In this document: in pieces, positions 37,123 to 46,807 of the stretch
Numbering within the stretch: position 1 is the first letter of the stretch
Layout: each line of letters begins with the position of its first letter
Notes under the pieces: model-generated
Seen by the model: only the letters and a program-made list of their open reading frames with translations
Database searches by the model: none
Told to the model about the DNA's origin: nothing
IMG/VR virus record: IMGVR_UViG_3300043811_000050
Span: 9,134 to 73,133 of that record
Direction: 5' to 3' (one strand)
DNA length: 64,000 bases
From: a virus
Program-made: the position numbers and the translations under genes

Positions 37123-38638
37123 CATCTTTTATTGGCTCGACACTTGGGTCTGGACGTCGGACCCGAGGCTCAGCGAGAAGGGCCTGCTGGCTAATGTGCC
37201 TTTTGACTTGTTCGAAAGTCAGCGCGAGCTGGTAACCTTCCTGATGGACCGGCTGGCTGCCAAGCAGGATAATGCGATAGCCAAGAGCCGCGATATGGGG
37301 TTCAGCTGGATTGCTGCTGCCGTTGCCGTTTGGCACTGGCTCTATGTGCCGGGGTTCAAGACGACTTACAGCAGTTACGAGCAATCCAAGGTTGATCACC
37401 TTGGCAATCCGGATAGCTTCTTCGAGAAATGTCGTATCTTGCTGCGTCTCTTGCCGACCTGGATGCTGCCGCCAGGTTATACTCCGTCGCGTCACGATAA
37501 TTTCATGCGCTTGGTCAACCCGGAGAATGGTAATGTCATCTCGGGTGAGGTCGGTGACCAGATGGGCCGCGGTGGGCGGTCGTCGTGGTATTTGCTGGAC
37601 GAGTGCGCATTCATGGATCACCCTGATGCAGTGGATGCCGCGACTGCCGCGAACACACGCTGTCGCACGTTCGGTTCGACAGTCAGCGGCCTCGGCAACC
37701 TGTTTGCGCGCAAGTGGTTCAGCTTGGCGGAGGGCCAGAAGTTCCGGTTCCACTGGTCGAGCGACCCGCGCAAGACAACGCTGGACCCCGGCTGGGAGGC
37801 CCGCGAGCGCGGGCGCCTTGAGGGATGGAAGTTTGCGAGTGAGTACGACATCGACTTCTCGGCCTCGGTCGAGGGCGTGTTTATCCCGGCAGCTTGGGTG
37901 CAGAGTTGCGTGAGGTTGGCGGAGTTCGCAAATTATGAGACAGTTCCCCCCTCAGTGCATGGCGTTGCCGGAATGGACGTCGGTGGCGGGGGGGACGGTC
38001 TCAGCACTTACGTTTCCCGTTTTGGCCCTTGGGTACGAACCATTGCCTCCCGTGGTGACCCTGATACCATCGGCACTGCTCATTGGGGCGTCGAGTGCGC
38101 CCGTGCCGACAGCTTCACGCGACCTGATGGATGGGATTGCCGAGTGACTCGGCTGCACTACGACGAGATTGGTATCGGTACCGCAGTCCGCTCGACCTTC
38201 TTGCGTCACGAGGTCATTGGCCTCAACACCACCGGCGTCAACGTCGGCAAGCCCCCAAGCGAGACGCAGTGGGAAGATGGCGAGTCCAGCGAGGAGAAGT
38301 TCGGAAACATGAAGGCCGAGCTGTGGGCGATGGTTCGCGAGCGTGTCAAGTGCGGCCACGAGCTGTATCTCCATTTGACCGGGCAGCCCGGTGGCGTCGA
38401 GCACCCGTGGGCGAATGTGCTGATCCTGCCGAACAAAACCAAGGATGACATGACCTTGCAGGAGCAGATGAGCTATCCGCGCCGGCTGACGGACGAGAAG
38501 GGTCGTGTGATTGTGGAGAAGAAGAAGGATATGCTAGAGAAGCGTGGGCTCAAGTCGCCTGACCACGCCGAGGCGCTGGTGTTGACTGTGGCGCAGCCGG
38601 ACCTCGACGTGTGGGAAAAGCTGGGGGCGGCAGCGTGA
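37022..38638 (+). CDS. terL: Terminase large subunit (start uncertain: 36953/37022/37094)
   Basis: Walker A 'KSRDMGFSW', 'GRGGR....LDE.A', nuclease 'GMDVGG.G', 'N.KAE.W', 'KSPD.AEA'. Confidence 0.92.
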   Translation: MNFRESILRRLIWSLKCSKSQPLRMIEREKSRRDIFYWLDTWVWTSDPRLSEKGLLANVPFDLFESQRELVTFLMDRLAAKQDNAIAKSRDMGFSWIAAAVAVWHWLYVPGFKTTYSSYEQSKVDHLGNPDSFFEKCRILLRLLPTWMLPPGYTPSRHDNFMRLVNPENGNVISGEVGDQMGRGGRSSWYLLDECAFMDHPDAVDAATAANTRCRTFGSTVSGLGNLFARKWFSLAEGQKFRFHWSSDPRKTTLDPGWEARERGRLEGWKFASEYDIDFSASVEGVFIPAAWVQSCVRLAEFANYETVPPSVHGVAGMDVGGGGDGLSTYVSRFGPWVRTIASRGDPDTIGTAHWGVECARADSFTRPDGWDCRVTRLHYDEIGIGTAVRSTFLRHEVIGLNTTGVNVGKPPSETQWEDGESSEEKFGNMKAELWAMVRERVKCGHELYLHLTGQPGGVEHPWANVLILPNKTKDDMTLQEQMSYPRRLTDEKGRVIVEKKKDMLEKRGLKSPDHAEALVLTVAQPDLDVWEKLGAAA

Positions 38639-38800
38639 CTGAACAAGAAACAGCTGAGGAACTCAAGGAACGCCTCCATCGTGAGTTTGTTGATAGTATG
38701 GTTGTAATGATTGCGGCATATGCTTCTGGGTTTATTTTATTTTTGGAGTGGATTAGTGGCTAAGTGCGCTACGATGGAAAAGCTGGGAGCGGCAGCGTGA
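38614..38800 (+). repeat. 25-bp direct repeat (38614-38638, 38776-38800) flanking a micro-ORF
   Basis: GGAAAAGCTGGG(G/A)GCGGCAGCGTGA, 24/25 identical. Confidence 0.85.
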
Positions 38801-38864
38801 GTATTATTGGCCCGATCTTCTTGGCTGTCATTGTCGTGATGCTCTTGGCAACGTGTTTTATTTG

Positions 38865-39080
38865 ATGGGCGTTGTTCTCCCGTTCAAGCGGCCGGAGTGG
38901 CGGATAGTAACCAACCCAGCTGATATGAATGGCTATCAATGTCTAGTCTGCGGCTTATTTTTTTATTTTGATTATAACTATCGATGCTCGGTCTGCGGCT
39001 TATCGTTTTATGTTGATGATGGCATCCGCATGGAAACTGACACTGAATATGCAGCTCGCATTAAGAGGCTCGAGTCGTAG
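38865..39080 (+). CDS. Small zinc-finger protein
   Basis: Duplicated 'C.VCGL.FY.D'; TGATG start, TAGTG overlap with portal. Confidence 0.55.
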   Translation: MGVVLPFKRPEWRIVTNPADMNGYQCLVCGLFFYFDYNYRCSVCGLSFYVDDGIRMETDTEYAARIKRLES

Positions 39081-41173
39081 TGGCTAAGCGTCAGGGTATC
39101 ACGCGCAAGACACTGACGCAGGCGCAGCGCGATGAGCGCAAGCACGTCCGCGCCCTTGCGCGCACCAAGCGCGGCGGGTTTGATAGCTTTAACAACTGGT
39201 CGATCAACCTGGGGATGGGCACGAACAACGCCCTCTCCGGTGGCACCTATGGCTTCAACCCAATTACGCGCATCCGCACCTTGTTGGAGTGGATGTATCG
39301 CGGCAACTGGCTCAGCCTCGTGGCAGTCGACGGCATTGCCAAGGACATGACGCGCGAGGGTTATACTATCAAGGCCGAGGATCTCGAGCCCGAGGACACG
39401 AAGAAGATCTACACGCGCCTGGCGCGCACGCAGACGATGTCGTGCCTCTGTACTGTCATCAGTTGGGCGCGACTCTACGGCGGCGCTTGCGGATATATTC
39501 AAGTCTACGGGCAGGATCCGGCGACGCCGCTGCGGCCGGAGACGGTGCCGGTCGGCGGCTACCGCGGGCTAATGGTGCTTGATCGCTGGATGTTGGAGCC
39601 GCAGCTCAACGATCTCGTCGAAGAAGGACCAGAAGCTGGATTACCGCGTTTTTACCGCGTGACCAGTGACGCGCCGGGGCTCAAGGGGCGCCTCGTCCAC
39701 CACAGCCGCATGATACGCTTGATCGGCGTCAAGCTGCCGTACTGGCAGGCAATGATGGAGAATTACTGGGGGCTCAGCATCTTCGAGCCGCTGTATGATC
39801 GCATGGTGGCGTTCGATTCCGCGACCATGGGCGCGGCGCAATTGGCCTATAAGGCGCATGTCCGCACGCTCAAGATCGGCAACTATCGCCAGATCTTAGC
39901 GCAGGGCGGCCCGACGTTCAATGGCTTGATGAAGATGCTGGAGCTCGTGCGTACCGGGCAGAGCGTCGAGGGCTTGACGGTCATCGACGGTCAGGACGAG
40001 ATGGAGACGCAGCAGACCGGCGCGTTGACCGGTATTGGCGAGATCGTACTCAAACTTGGCGAGCAGATTGGCGGCGGGCTCGGTGTGCCGATGACCAAGC
40101 TGTTTGGCCAGTCGCCGGGCGGCCTCAACTCGACCGGCGAGAGCGACATCCGTGGTTACTATGATGGCATCGAGCAGAAGCAGAAGGACGAGCTGTCCGA
40201 GCCGATGCACGGCTTGACGCGCGTGGTCGCCTACAGCGAGGGCGTTGGTGACAAGCTCGGTGACGATTTTGACATCGAATGGAATCCGCTGTGGCAGATG
40301 ACCGATGCAGAGCGCGGCGAGATTGATGAGAAGAACACTGGCTCTGCGCTGGCGCTGTTCGAGTCAGGTAATATTAGTGCCCAGCAGTTGCTTAAGGAGG
40401 TCGTGCATCGTGGTCAGGCGACGAACACTTGGCAGACGAGCATCACGGCCGAGGACATCGAGGCAGCTGACGATGAGCTGCCAGAGCCCGAGATGCCAGC
40501 GATGCCTGCCGATCCAAACGCTGCACCGGGGAGTGTGACCGGCGCGACGTTCGGCGCCGGCGGGCAGCAGACGGGCCAGGTGAAGCCCGGCGGCGCGCTG
40601 CGGAAGGAGCTGCGCAAGTCGGGGGATCGCAAGGTGACATGGGGTGTGCACCAATGGGCTCGTGACCTAGACCCTAAATTATTATCGTCGTGGGCGGTTG
40701 ATCGCGATTCCGATGGTTATAAGAGATATTCGCGCTATGATATCGATCCCGTGCTTGCGTCGCAGCCAGGCTCATTTATGGGACTGCCCGTCGTCGTGGA
40801 GCACAGTAAGGGCACTCAGCGCTGGGAAGGCGCCCCGCGCCTGCCGGCGCACTACGGCTACATTCCTGGCGTCGGGTCGGCTGAGGGCGAGACTGAGTGG
40901 ATGGACTGCATGGTGGGCGACGCGACGGACGCGCCTTACGCATTTGTTCTCGACCACTATGATCGCGACGGTAAGTTCGAAGAGCACAAAATCATGATTG
41001 GGTTCCATCGCCTCGAAGACGCTTTACGCGCCCACCGTGTCGCCTATGACGGCACCGGGTGCGCGGCGCGCGGTGTGTGTCAGATGACTATTCCGCAGGT
41101 GCAGCAGTGGATGGCGCGCGACCGCAACCAGCGGATTGAGGCGATGGTGCCGATGGATCGGAGGGCGGCGTGA
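39080..41173 (+). CDS. Portal protein (DUF1073 type) with C-terminal inorganic-pyrophosphatase-like domain
   Basis: 'W.RLYGG', 'VH.SR', 'WG.S', 'P.TKLFG.SP.GLN.TGE.D...YYD', 'PLWQ'; C-term 'YGYI.G.....D..VG', 'F.EHK.M.GF'. Confidence 0.9.
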   Translation: MAKRQGITRKTLTQAQRDERKHVRALARTKRGGFDSFNNWSINLGMGTNNALSGGTYGFNPITRIRTLLEWMYRGNWLSLVAVDGIAKDMTREGYTIKAEDLEPEDTKKIYTRLARTQTMSCLCTVISWARLYGGACGYIQVYGQDPATPLRPETVPVGGYRGLMVLDRWMLEPQLNDLVEEGPEAGLPRFYRVTSDAPGLKGRLVHHSRMIRLIGVKLPYWQAMMENYWGLSIFEPLYDRMVAFDSATMGAAQLAYKAHVRTLKIGNYRQILAQGGPTFNGLMKMLELVRTGQSVEGLTVIDGQDEMETQQTGALTGIGEIVLKLGEQIGGGLGVPMTKLFGQSPGGLNSTGESDIRGYYDGIEQKQKDELSEPMHGLTRVVAYSEGVGDKLGDDFDIEWNPLWQMTDAERGEIDEKNTGSALALFESGNISAQQLLKEVVHRGQATNTWQTSITAEDIEAADDELPEPEMPAMPADPNAAPGSVTGATFGAGGQQTGQVKPGGALRKELRKSGDRKVTWGVHQWARDLDPKLLSSWAVDRDSDGYKRYSRYDIDPVLASQPGSFMGLPVVVEHSKGTQRWEGAPRLPAHYGYIPGVGSAEGETEWMDCMVGDATDAPYAFVLDHYDRDGKFEEHKIMIGFHRLEDALRAHRVAYDGTGCAARGVCQMTIPQVQQWMARDRNQRIEAMVPMDRRAA

Positions 41174-41550
41174 TCTTTCGCACAATCGTCTTTGCTGCTG
41201 TTTTGTGCGCTGGCGCTGCTCATGCGAAGTGGCAAAACGTCGCCGGAGAATGGGACCAGTATCGTCTCAACGAGACGCAAAAGCAGTGGTTCAAGGGTGT
41301 GCACCCAAAGCGGTCAGGGCTGGCCTGCTGTGACATAGCAGATGGCCACCCGACGGCTGACTAGCATCGCGCTGATGGCTGGTATATCCCAAATCCGTTT
41401 CATCCTGATTGGGACTGGGTGCGCGTGCCCGACGAGGCGATGACTGTGCCTGGAACTAATCCGATTGGCGTCGCGACGGTCTGGTTCGGGACGCAGCAGG
41501 CTGACGGAACACCATATATTCGTTGCTTCGTGCCGGAAGCCGAAACATGA
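41170..41550 (+). pseudogene. Secreted Cys-containing protein interrupted by in-frame TAG (41362-41364)
   Basis: Signal peptide + 'WF...CC..ADG' before the stop and 'W.RVP....NP.G.A.VW....IRCF.P' after it in the same frame. Confidence 0.7.
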
Positions 41551-41756
41551 GCGAGCGTTCTGTAGTTTACACCAACAAGTCTGTTGCCGACGATTTTGCC
41601 CCATATGTTCACTTTTCATTGGATGAGGATGGTAGGTTGTTTATTCGAGTTCGAGCGGTTGGTTCCGGACCGGGTAAGATAGGGCCGAGGTCTGTTACGA
41701 CTTTATCCAAGGATGAGGTCAAGGAGTTGACGAGAGCGTTGAGGAAGATCAAGTGA
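41547..41756 (+). CDS. Hypothetical protein
   Basis: ATGA/GTGA-coupled. Confidence 0.55.
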   Translation: MSERSVVYTNKSVADDFAPYVHFSLDEDGRLFIRVRAVGSGPGKIGPRSVTTLSKDEVKELTRALRKIK

Positions 41757-42202
41757 GCCAAGCGATGCGCTTCGGCGCCGACGTCCGTACCGAGGAAGAT
41801 CAGCGCCTCGCGTATTGGACGGGTCGGCTCCAAAAAATGTTGGAGCGTCGCTGGCGCGGGATTGTGACGCGACAGCTGTTAGACGAGTGCAAGGAGCTGG
41901 TCGAGGACTTCAGAACCCGCTTGCGCCTCCATGGGGGCCTGAACTACCCCGAGGTCGTGCTTGTCTACATCCGCGAGGTCGGCGCGCTGGAAGTCGTGCG
42001 CGCGGACATTGACGAGGCGAACTTGCAGCGCTGGATCGTCAATTTGACGGTCAAGTATCGGCACGTTACGGCGCGCGGAATCGCGGAATCGCTGGCGGAG
42101 CACTTTCCTGGCTATCGGCCAGGGCAGATGGAGTTCCGTCGCCGCGAGCCGACGACCAATGGTGGTGTGCATCCGGTGCGGATGACGGGGGTGCCGGTAT
42201 GA
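41753..42202 (+). CDS. Hypothetical protein
   Basis: 149-aa coupled ORF. Confidence 0.6.
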   Translation: MSQAMRFGADVRTEEDQRLAYWTGRLQKMLERRWRGIVTRQLLDECKELVEDFRTRLRLHGGLNYPEVVLVYIREVGALEVVRADIDEANLQRWIVNLTVKYRHVTARGIAESLAEHFPGYRPGQMEFRRREPTTNGGVHPVRMTGVPV

Positions 42203-42417
42203 GTTTTGCCAGCACTGGTGGCTATGATCTGCACATTCGTAGGTGCGGGGAATGTGTCCCGTTCGATTCGGGGCAGCTGGCACCAATATGACTAAACGGA
42301 TATCTGGTAAGTATTTCGCCCTGTACTTGGGGTCGAAGAGTCATCCGTACTGGGTGAGATACAGCTGGAAGCACCTGTTTCGTGGACTGCCTACTCCCGC
42401 GATGAGGGCGTGGATAG

Positions 42418-43188
42418 ATGCCTCGTGACGAGGCTTCCCGCCACCAGCGCGCCAAGCAGCGCCGCAAGGAGCAATCCGTGTTTGGTCGCGTGCGGCGCGC
42501 CGAGATGCAGTATTCGCGTCAGCTGCGCGCCATCGCCCGCAACTGCGGCCTGCTTGCTCATCACTACGATCCCGACAAGCCTGAAACGGCACACTGGCTG
42601 GTGGGTGCGTTGCGACAGTATGCGGAGACGGTGCGGAATTGGGCGACTGCCAGCGGCGCGCGGATGCTGGCCGAGGTTGAGCATCGTGATGCGCAGGCGT
42701 GGGCGAAGCACAGCAGGAATATGAGCGAGGGGTTGCAGCGCGAGATTGCGACGGCGCCGACGGGAGAGCTTCTTCGTGCGCTATTGGCTGAGCAGGTGGA
42801 TCTCATAACTTCAATTCCGCGCGAGGCTGCCGTTCGAGTGCAGGAACTGGCTGTACGCGGGATGGAAGGAAGCGAACGCCCGGCGCACATCGCCGAGGAG
42901 ATAATGCGTACGGGCGAGGTCACGGAATCTCGTGCTCGACTCATCGCACGCACCGAAGTCGCTCGGGCGTCAAGCAAAATGACGGAGAGCCGGGCGCGCT
43001 ATATCGGTTCTGAGGGCTATATCTGGCGCACCGCCGAGGATCGCGACGTGCGACCTGAGCATCGCAAGCTCAACGGCAAGTACTTCAGCTGGGACGATCC
43101 GCCGATCGCAGGGAGCAATGGCGAACGCGCGCACGCAGGTCAAATCTATAATTGCCGATGCGTCTGCGAGCCCGTGGTGCCCGAGTGA
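42418..43188 (+). CDS. Head morphogenesis protein (MuF/SPP1 gp7 family)
   Basis: 'RARLIARTE', 'YIWRT..D..VR..H..L.G..F.WD.PP', 'G...NCRC...P'. Confidence 0.92.
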   Translation: MPRDEASRHQRAKQRRKEQSVFGRVRRAEMQYSRQLRAIARNCGLLAHHYDPDKPETAHWLVGALRQYAETVRNWATASGARMLAEVEHRDAQAWAKHSRNMSEGLQREIATAPTGELLRALLAEQVDLITSIPREAAVRVQELAVRGMEGSERPAHIAEEIMRTGEVTESRARLIARTEVARASSKMTESRARYIGSEGYIWRTAEDRDVRPEHRKLNGKYFSWDDPPIAGSNGERAHAGQIYNCRCVCEPVVPE

Positions 43189-43211
43189 CTTCAACAAGAG
43201 GAGTGACCGCA

Positions 43212-44507
43212 ATGAAGAAGCTATGGACTCTGATGGCGGGCGCTCTCGCTCTCGCTGCTGCGTGGATCAAAAACCCGGCGGTCGCCCTGTTGGCGTGCGC
43301 GCCGGCGTGCGCCTTGGTGCTGTGTACGGCGGTCGCCCCCCGGCTGGGGGCACAGCCCTATCCAATCAACTCGCCATTCTACATCCCTAGCGCGATCCTT
43401 GGCCAACAGACCATCACGGTCGCCGCCGGGTCGAGCTACGTGTTCCAGACCAACGGCCAAGGCACGTTATACATGCGCGTCTCGGGCTCGCCGGTTGGCC
43501 TGTCGGCCCAGGTGCAAGTGACGGAAGGACGCGCGACGCAGACGGTCGCGCAGACGCTCACTTCTTTCACGCAGGCGAATCCTGGCGTGTTCACGCTCGC
43601 CAATCACGGCCTGTCGATCAATCAGCCGGTCGTCTTTACGTCGGCACAATCGACGCTGCCGACGCTGATCGTGTCGGGTACCACGTATTACGTGGTTGCG
43701 GGCGGATTTACGTCCAGCACGTTCGAGCTGGCGGCCACGCCGGGTGGCACTGCAATCAATACCACCGCGGGCTCCCCGAGTGGTACGGTGACATTCTCGA
43801 GCACGTCGCTGCTGTGGAATAATGCAGCTGTCGACCAGGTCGGGGGATGGCGCGTCTCCAGCCCGATTACTGCCACCGGACTCTATAAGCTCAATGTGTC
43901 GGGCGCTGCCGCGGTGCGGCTGAACGTCTCGGCGCTGACGAGCGGTGTCACTTATGTCGACTTCAGTGCTTCTCCTGGTGAAGAGTTCGTTCGCACCAAT
44001 CCAATGACGCGGGCGACATATCGAGCCTCTGCGTCGATTGGCACAGGTGCGACGACCAACTTCCTGGTGCTCGCCGGCAGCGCCACCAAGAACGTCATTA
44101 TCACTCATGCCGACTGCTCTGGCCGTGCGACCGCGGCCATTGTGGTCGGGATTGAGGCTGATTTGCGTTCCACGGCAGACAGCGGCGACGCGGGCACCGC
44201 CGTAACTGCGACCCCACTTGACAGTAGCATGGGCGCGGCGACGGCCACCGTGGTCAGCCATACCACGAGCCCAACACCGGGCACGCTGACGGGTGCTGTG
44301 GCTGTCGGCCAGCTCGGCATTGTGGTTGCTGCGCCGAGCGTGACCGATTTCCCGATGCCGAACGTGCTCAACTTCGAGTTCGCACGCTGGCCGGGTTCGT
44401 CCCAGGTCGTCCTTCACGGTGTCGCTCAGGAGTTCTCGCTGACGACCAGCGCAGCGTTCGGCACGGCCGCCGCGGTGACCTGCAATCTTGAATGGCAGGA
44501 AGATTGA
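43212..44507 (+). CDS. Signal-peptide-bearing beta-rich protein with inserted 'ANPGV....HGL...TYYV...TF.L' module
   Basis: GAGGAG RBS; long hydrophobic leader ending LGA|Q; Thr/Ala/Ser-rich. Confidence 0.7.
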   Translation: MKKLWTLMAGALALAAAWIKNPAVALLACAPACALVLCTAVAPRLGAQPYPINSPFYIPSAILGQQTITVAAGSSYVFQTNGQGTLYMRVSGSPVGLSAQVQVTEGRATQTVAQTLTSFTQANPGVFTLANHGLSINQPVVFTSAQSTLPTLIVSGTTYYVVAGGFTSSTFELAATPGGTAINTTAGSPSGTVTFSSTSLLWNNAAVDQVGGWRVSSPITATGLYKLNVSGAAAVRLNVSALTSGVTYVDFSASPGEEFVRTNPMTRATYRASASIGTGATTNFLVLAGSATKNVIITHADCSGRATAAIVVGIEADLRSTADSGDAGTAVTATPLDSSMGAATATVVSHTTSPTPGTLTGAVAVGQLGIVVAAPSVTDFPMPNVLNFEFARWPGSSQVVLHGVAQEFSLTTSAAFGTAAAVTCNLEWQED

Positions 44508-44533
44508 GCAATGTCTAGCGAGGGAGACAGGCC

Positions 44534-44956
44534 GTGCTGAAAATAAGGGTGGTCCTTGTCGTGGCGATGCTGAGCCTTCTCAGCGTCTCTCTCGCCTGCG
44601 CCCAGTCTTTCCCGCGCGGGTATCTAAGCGCGGCTAACCTCAACCCCACGCTCGTCAACGGCGGACCGACGCTCATCAAGATGCTCGTGCTGGTTAATAC
44701 CACTACGACGCTCTACTATCTCAAGTTCTACAACAAGGCGACAGCGCCGACGTGCGGTACCGACACGCCGCTTTGGACGGTGCCGGTGCCGTTTGGGGCC
44801 TCTAACTCCGGGAGCGGAGCTGTGATCCCCGTTCTTGACGGCCTGCAGTTTCCCCTTGGTCTCGGCTTCTGCCTGACGGGTGGCATCGCCGCGAACGACA
44901 CTACGAACGCTGCCACGGGCGTTGCGATCAATCTCGGGATCACGAGTTATCAGTGA
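44534..44956 (+). CDS. Signal-peptide-bearing small jelly-roll-like protein
   Basis: Leader ending ACA|Q; 'N......YLKFYNKATAPT.GTD.P', 'G..F..GLG...T'. Confidence 0.7.
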   Translation: MLKIRVVLVVAMLSLLSVSLACAQSFPRGYLSAANLNPTLVNGGPTLIKMLVLVNTTTTLYYLKFYNKATAPTCGTDTPLWTVPVPFGASNSGSGAVIPVLDGLQFPLGLGFCLTGGIAANDTTNAATGVAINLGITSYQ

Positions 44957-45369
44957 GATATGCCCTGGTGGCGGCCTTCGCTCTTCTCGCGAGCAGCGCG
45001 TGGGCGCAGCTCACGACCATGGGCATCGGGGGTGGCGGGGGAGGCGTCTTCAATGGTCCATCGGTTATCGCGGTCACGCCGAACACTGGGCCTACCGCGG
45101 GTGGAACGCCAGTCGTCATCAGCGGGACAAACTTCACTGGAGTCACTGCCGTCAGCTTCGGCGGCACGCCGGCGGCTTCTTTCATGTTTATCAATGGAAC
45201 GACGATCGACGCGACGTCCCCGGCGGGATCATCCGGCGTCGTTGACGTGCGCGTTACTACGCCAGTCGGCATGAGCGGGATAAACGTTGGAGATCGGTTT
45301 ACCTACGGAACGGTGTGCTCGAACTCAATGGACTTTAGCCAGCCATGCAATACGCAATATGGATTTTAG
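44953..45369 (+). CDS. Secreted IPT/TIG-domain protein
   Basis: Leader ending AWA|Q; 'V.P..GP.AGGT.V.I.G.NF....V.FG', 'VDV.V.T..G.S....FTY'. Confidence 0.85.
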   Translation: MRYALVAAFALLASSAWAQLTTMGIGGGGGGVFNGPSVIAVTPNTGPTAGGTPVVISGTNFTGVTAVSFGGTPAASFMFINGTTIDATSPAGSSGVVDVRVTTPVGMSGINVGDRFTYGTVCSNSMDFSQPCNTQYGF

Positions 45370-45638
45370 CAGTTTTTCTCGCGTCCGCGCTGTCGGCGCT
45401 TGCGCAGGAGCGCACGTTCACGTGGACGCTCACCGAATCCGAAATGAATTACATTGGGGCGCTGATTGATATTGAGAAGGCTAAGCCATCAGGGCAGCTT
45501 GTCCAGCACCTTGCGGACAAGATCCAAGCCCAAATAACGCAGCAAGTGCAGACGGGCCAGAAGGCGGCGCTGGACGCGATCGAAAAGCAGGTGCGTGACA
45601 GGGTTGAGGCCGAGAAGCATAAGGAACCGCCGCCGTGA
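45345..45638 (+). CDS. Small secreted helical protein
   Basis: Leader ending ALA|Q; 'LT..E...I...' helix resembling small fibre chaperones. Confidence 0.65.
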   Translation: MQYAIWILAVFLASALSALAQERTFTWTLTESEMNYIGALIDIEKAKPSGQLVQHLADKIQAQITQQVQTGQKAALDAIEKQVRDRVEAEKHKEPPP

Positions 45639-46807
45639 TAAAGCTCCTTCGTCTTTTGGCGTGCAGTCTCGTGCTCGCGTGGGGTGCGCCTGCGTCGGCG
45701 AATTGGCTGTATACGCCTGGTGCCGGACCTTCCAACTTTAGATCATTCAATAGCGGCACGACTCCTGCTGGGACGTCTGCGTGCGCCGCGACGAATACTG
45801 ACTGCATGGCGTTTGTTCCTATAGATATCACGGGGACGCCACTCTTTTCCTCCGGTAATCCTGGTGTCGTGTCAGGTGGACCTTTTGCGGTCACAGGGAC
45901 ATTTTGGCAGGCCACTCAGCCGGTGAGCGGCACCTTTTGGCAGGCCACTCAGCCGGTCAGTGGTACATTCTGGCAGGCAACACAACCGATCAGCGCCGCG
46001 GCATTACCATTGCCCACTGGCGCTGCTACTCAAACGACGCTGGCCGCCGTCCTGTCAGCGCTTGGTTCGCCCTTTCAGGCCGGTGCGTCGATCGGTAATA
46101 CGACATTCGGATCAACACAGGGTACGTCGCCGTGGGTCATTGGTGGCGCGGCTGCGGCGGGCGCGGTTCCGGTCGGCAATCCGTTGTTCACCGGAATGTT
46201 TGACGGGACCGACATCCGCCGCGTGATGGGCGATGAAACGAACGGCCTATGGGTCAACATCAAGGCGGGCGCGGGTTCCGGTGGGACGGCACTCGCTGAC
46301 GAGGCGCCGTTCACGCAGGGTGCGACGAACACGACGCCGCTCGGGTGTTTCTATACTACCTCTGTGACCAATTTGCTCACCGGCCAGGCTGGCGTGGGCC
46401 GCTGCACTAATGATCGTCAGCAAATGACGTCGGACGCGGCGGTGTTGGCGCAGCTCGTCACACTGAACGCGACGGCACTCACGCCGGTCCCGTTTCCGGT
46501 TAACATCACATGGACACCGTGCACAGGGGCGACCAGCGCGAATACAATTGCAGCCGGTGGAACGGCGCAAGTCGCGCTGCCAGCAAGTGCAACGGTTCAC
46601 GGCTTTGCTATTGCAAATAACTCTGCCGACCCGATGTGGTTGAGCTTTACTACGACAGCAACGATCGGCAGTGATTTTTTATTGCCTGCGGGGTCGTCAA
46701 CGGTGTCCGGTGGTAGTTTCTTCGGCCCTCCTGGGTCTGGGTTTAATGGAAACTTGTCAGTGATAGCGGCCACGACTGGGGATAAGTTTTCGTGCACAAA
46801 ATTCTGA
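45635..46807 (+). CDS. Signal-peptide-bearing fibre-like protein with V(S/T)GTFWQATQP repeats
   Basis: Leader ending ASA|N; three 11-aa tandem repeats; C-terminal jelly-roll-like segment. Confidence 0.7.
   Translation: MIKLLRLLACSLVLAWGAPASANWLYTPGAGPSNFRSFNSGTTPAGTSACAATNTDCMAFVPIDITGTPLFSSGNPGVVSGGPFAVTGTFWQATQPVSGTFWQATQPVSGTFWQATQPISAAALPLPTGAATQTTLAAVLSALGSPFQAGASIGNTTFGSTQGTSPWVIGGAAAAGAVPVGNPLFTGMFDGTDIRRVMGDETNGLWVNIKAGAGSGGTALADEAPFTQGATNTTPLGCFYTTSVTNLLTGQAGVGRCTNDRQQMTSDAAVLAQLVTLNATALTPVPFPVNITWTPCTGATSANTIAAGGTAQVALPASATVHGFAIANNSADPMWLSFTTTATIGSDFLLPAGSSTVSGGSFFGPPGSGFNGNLSVIAATTGDKFSCTKF

Noticed and set aside
39080-40480. Possible anti-CBASS Acb1 label for the portal
   Set aside because: Motifs and synteny are those of a DUF1073 portal; no paired HxT 2H-phosphoesterase motifs recognised.
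41362-41364. Genome-wide TAG reassignment
   Set aside because: TAG terminates conserved genes at expected ends (6057, 27284, 30548, 59391).
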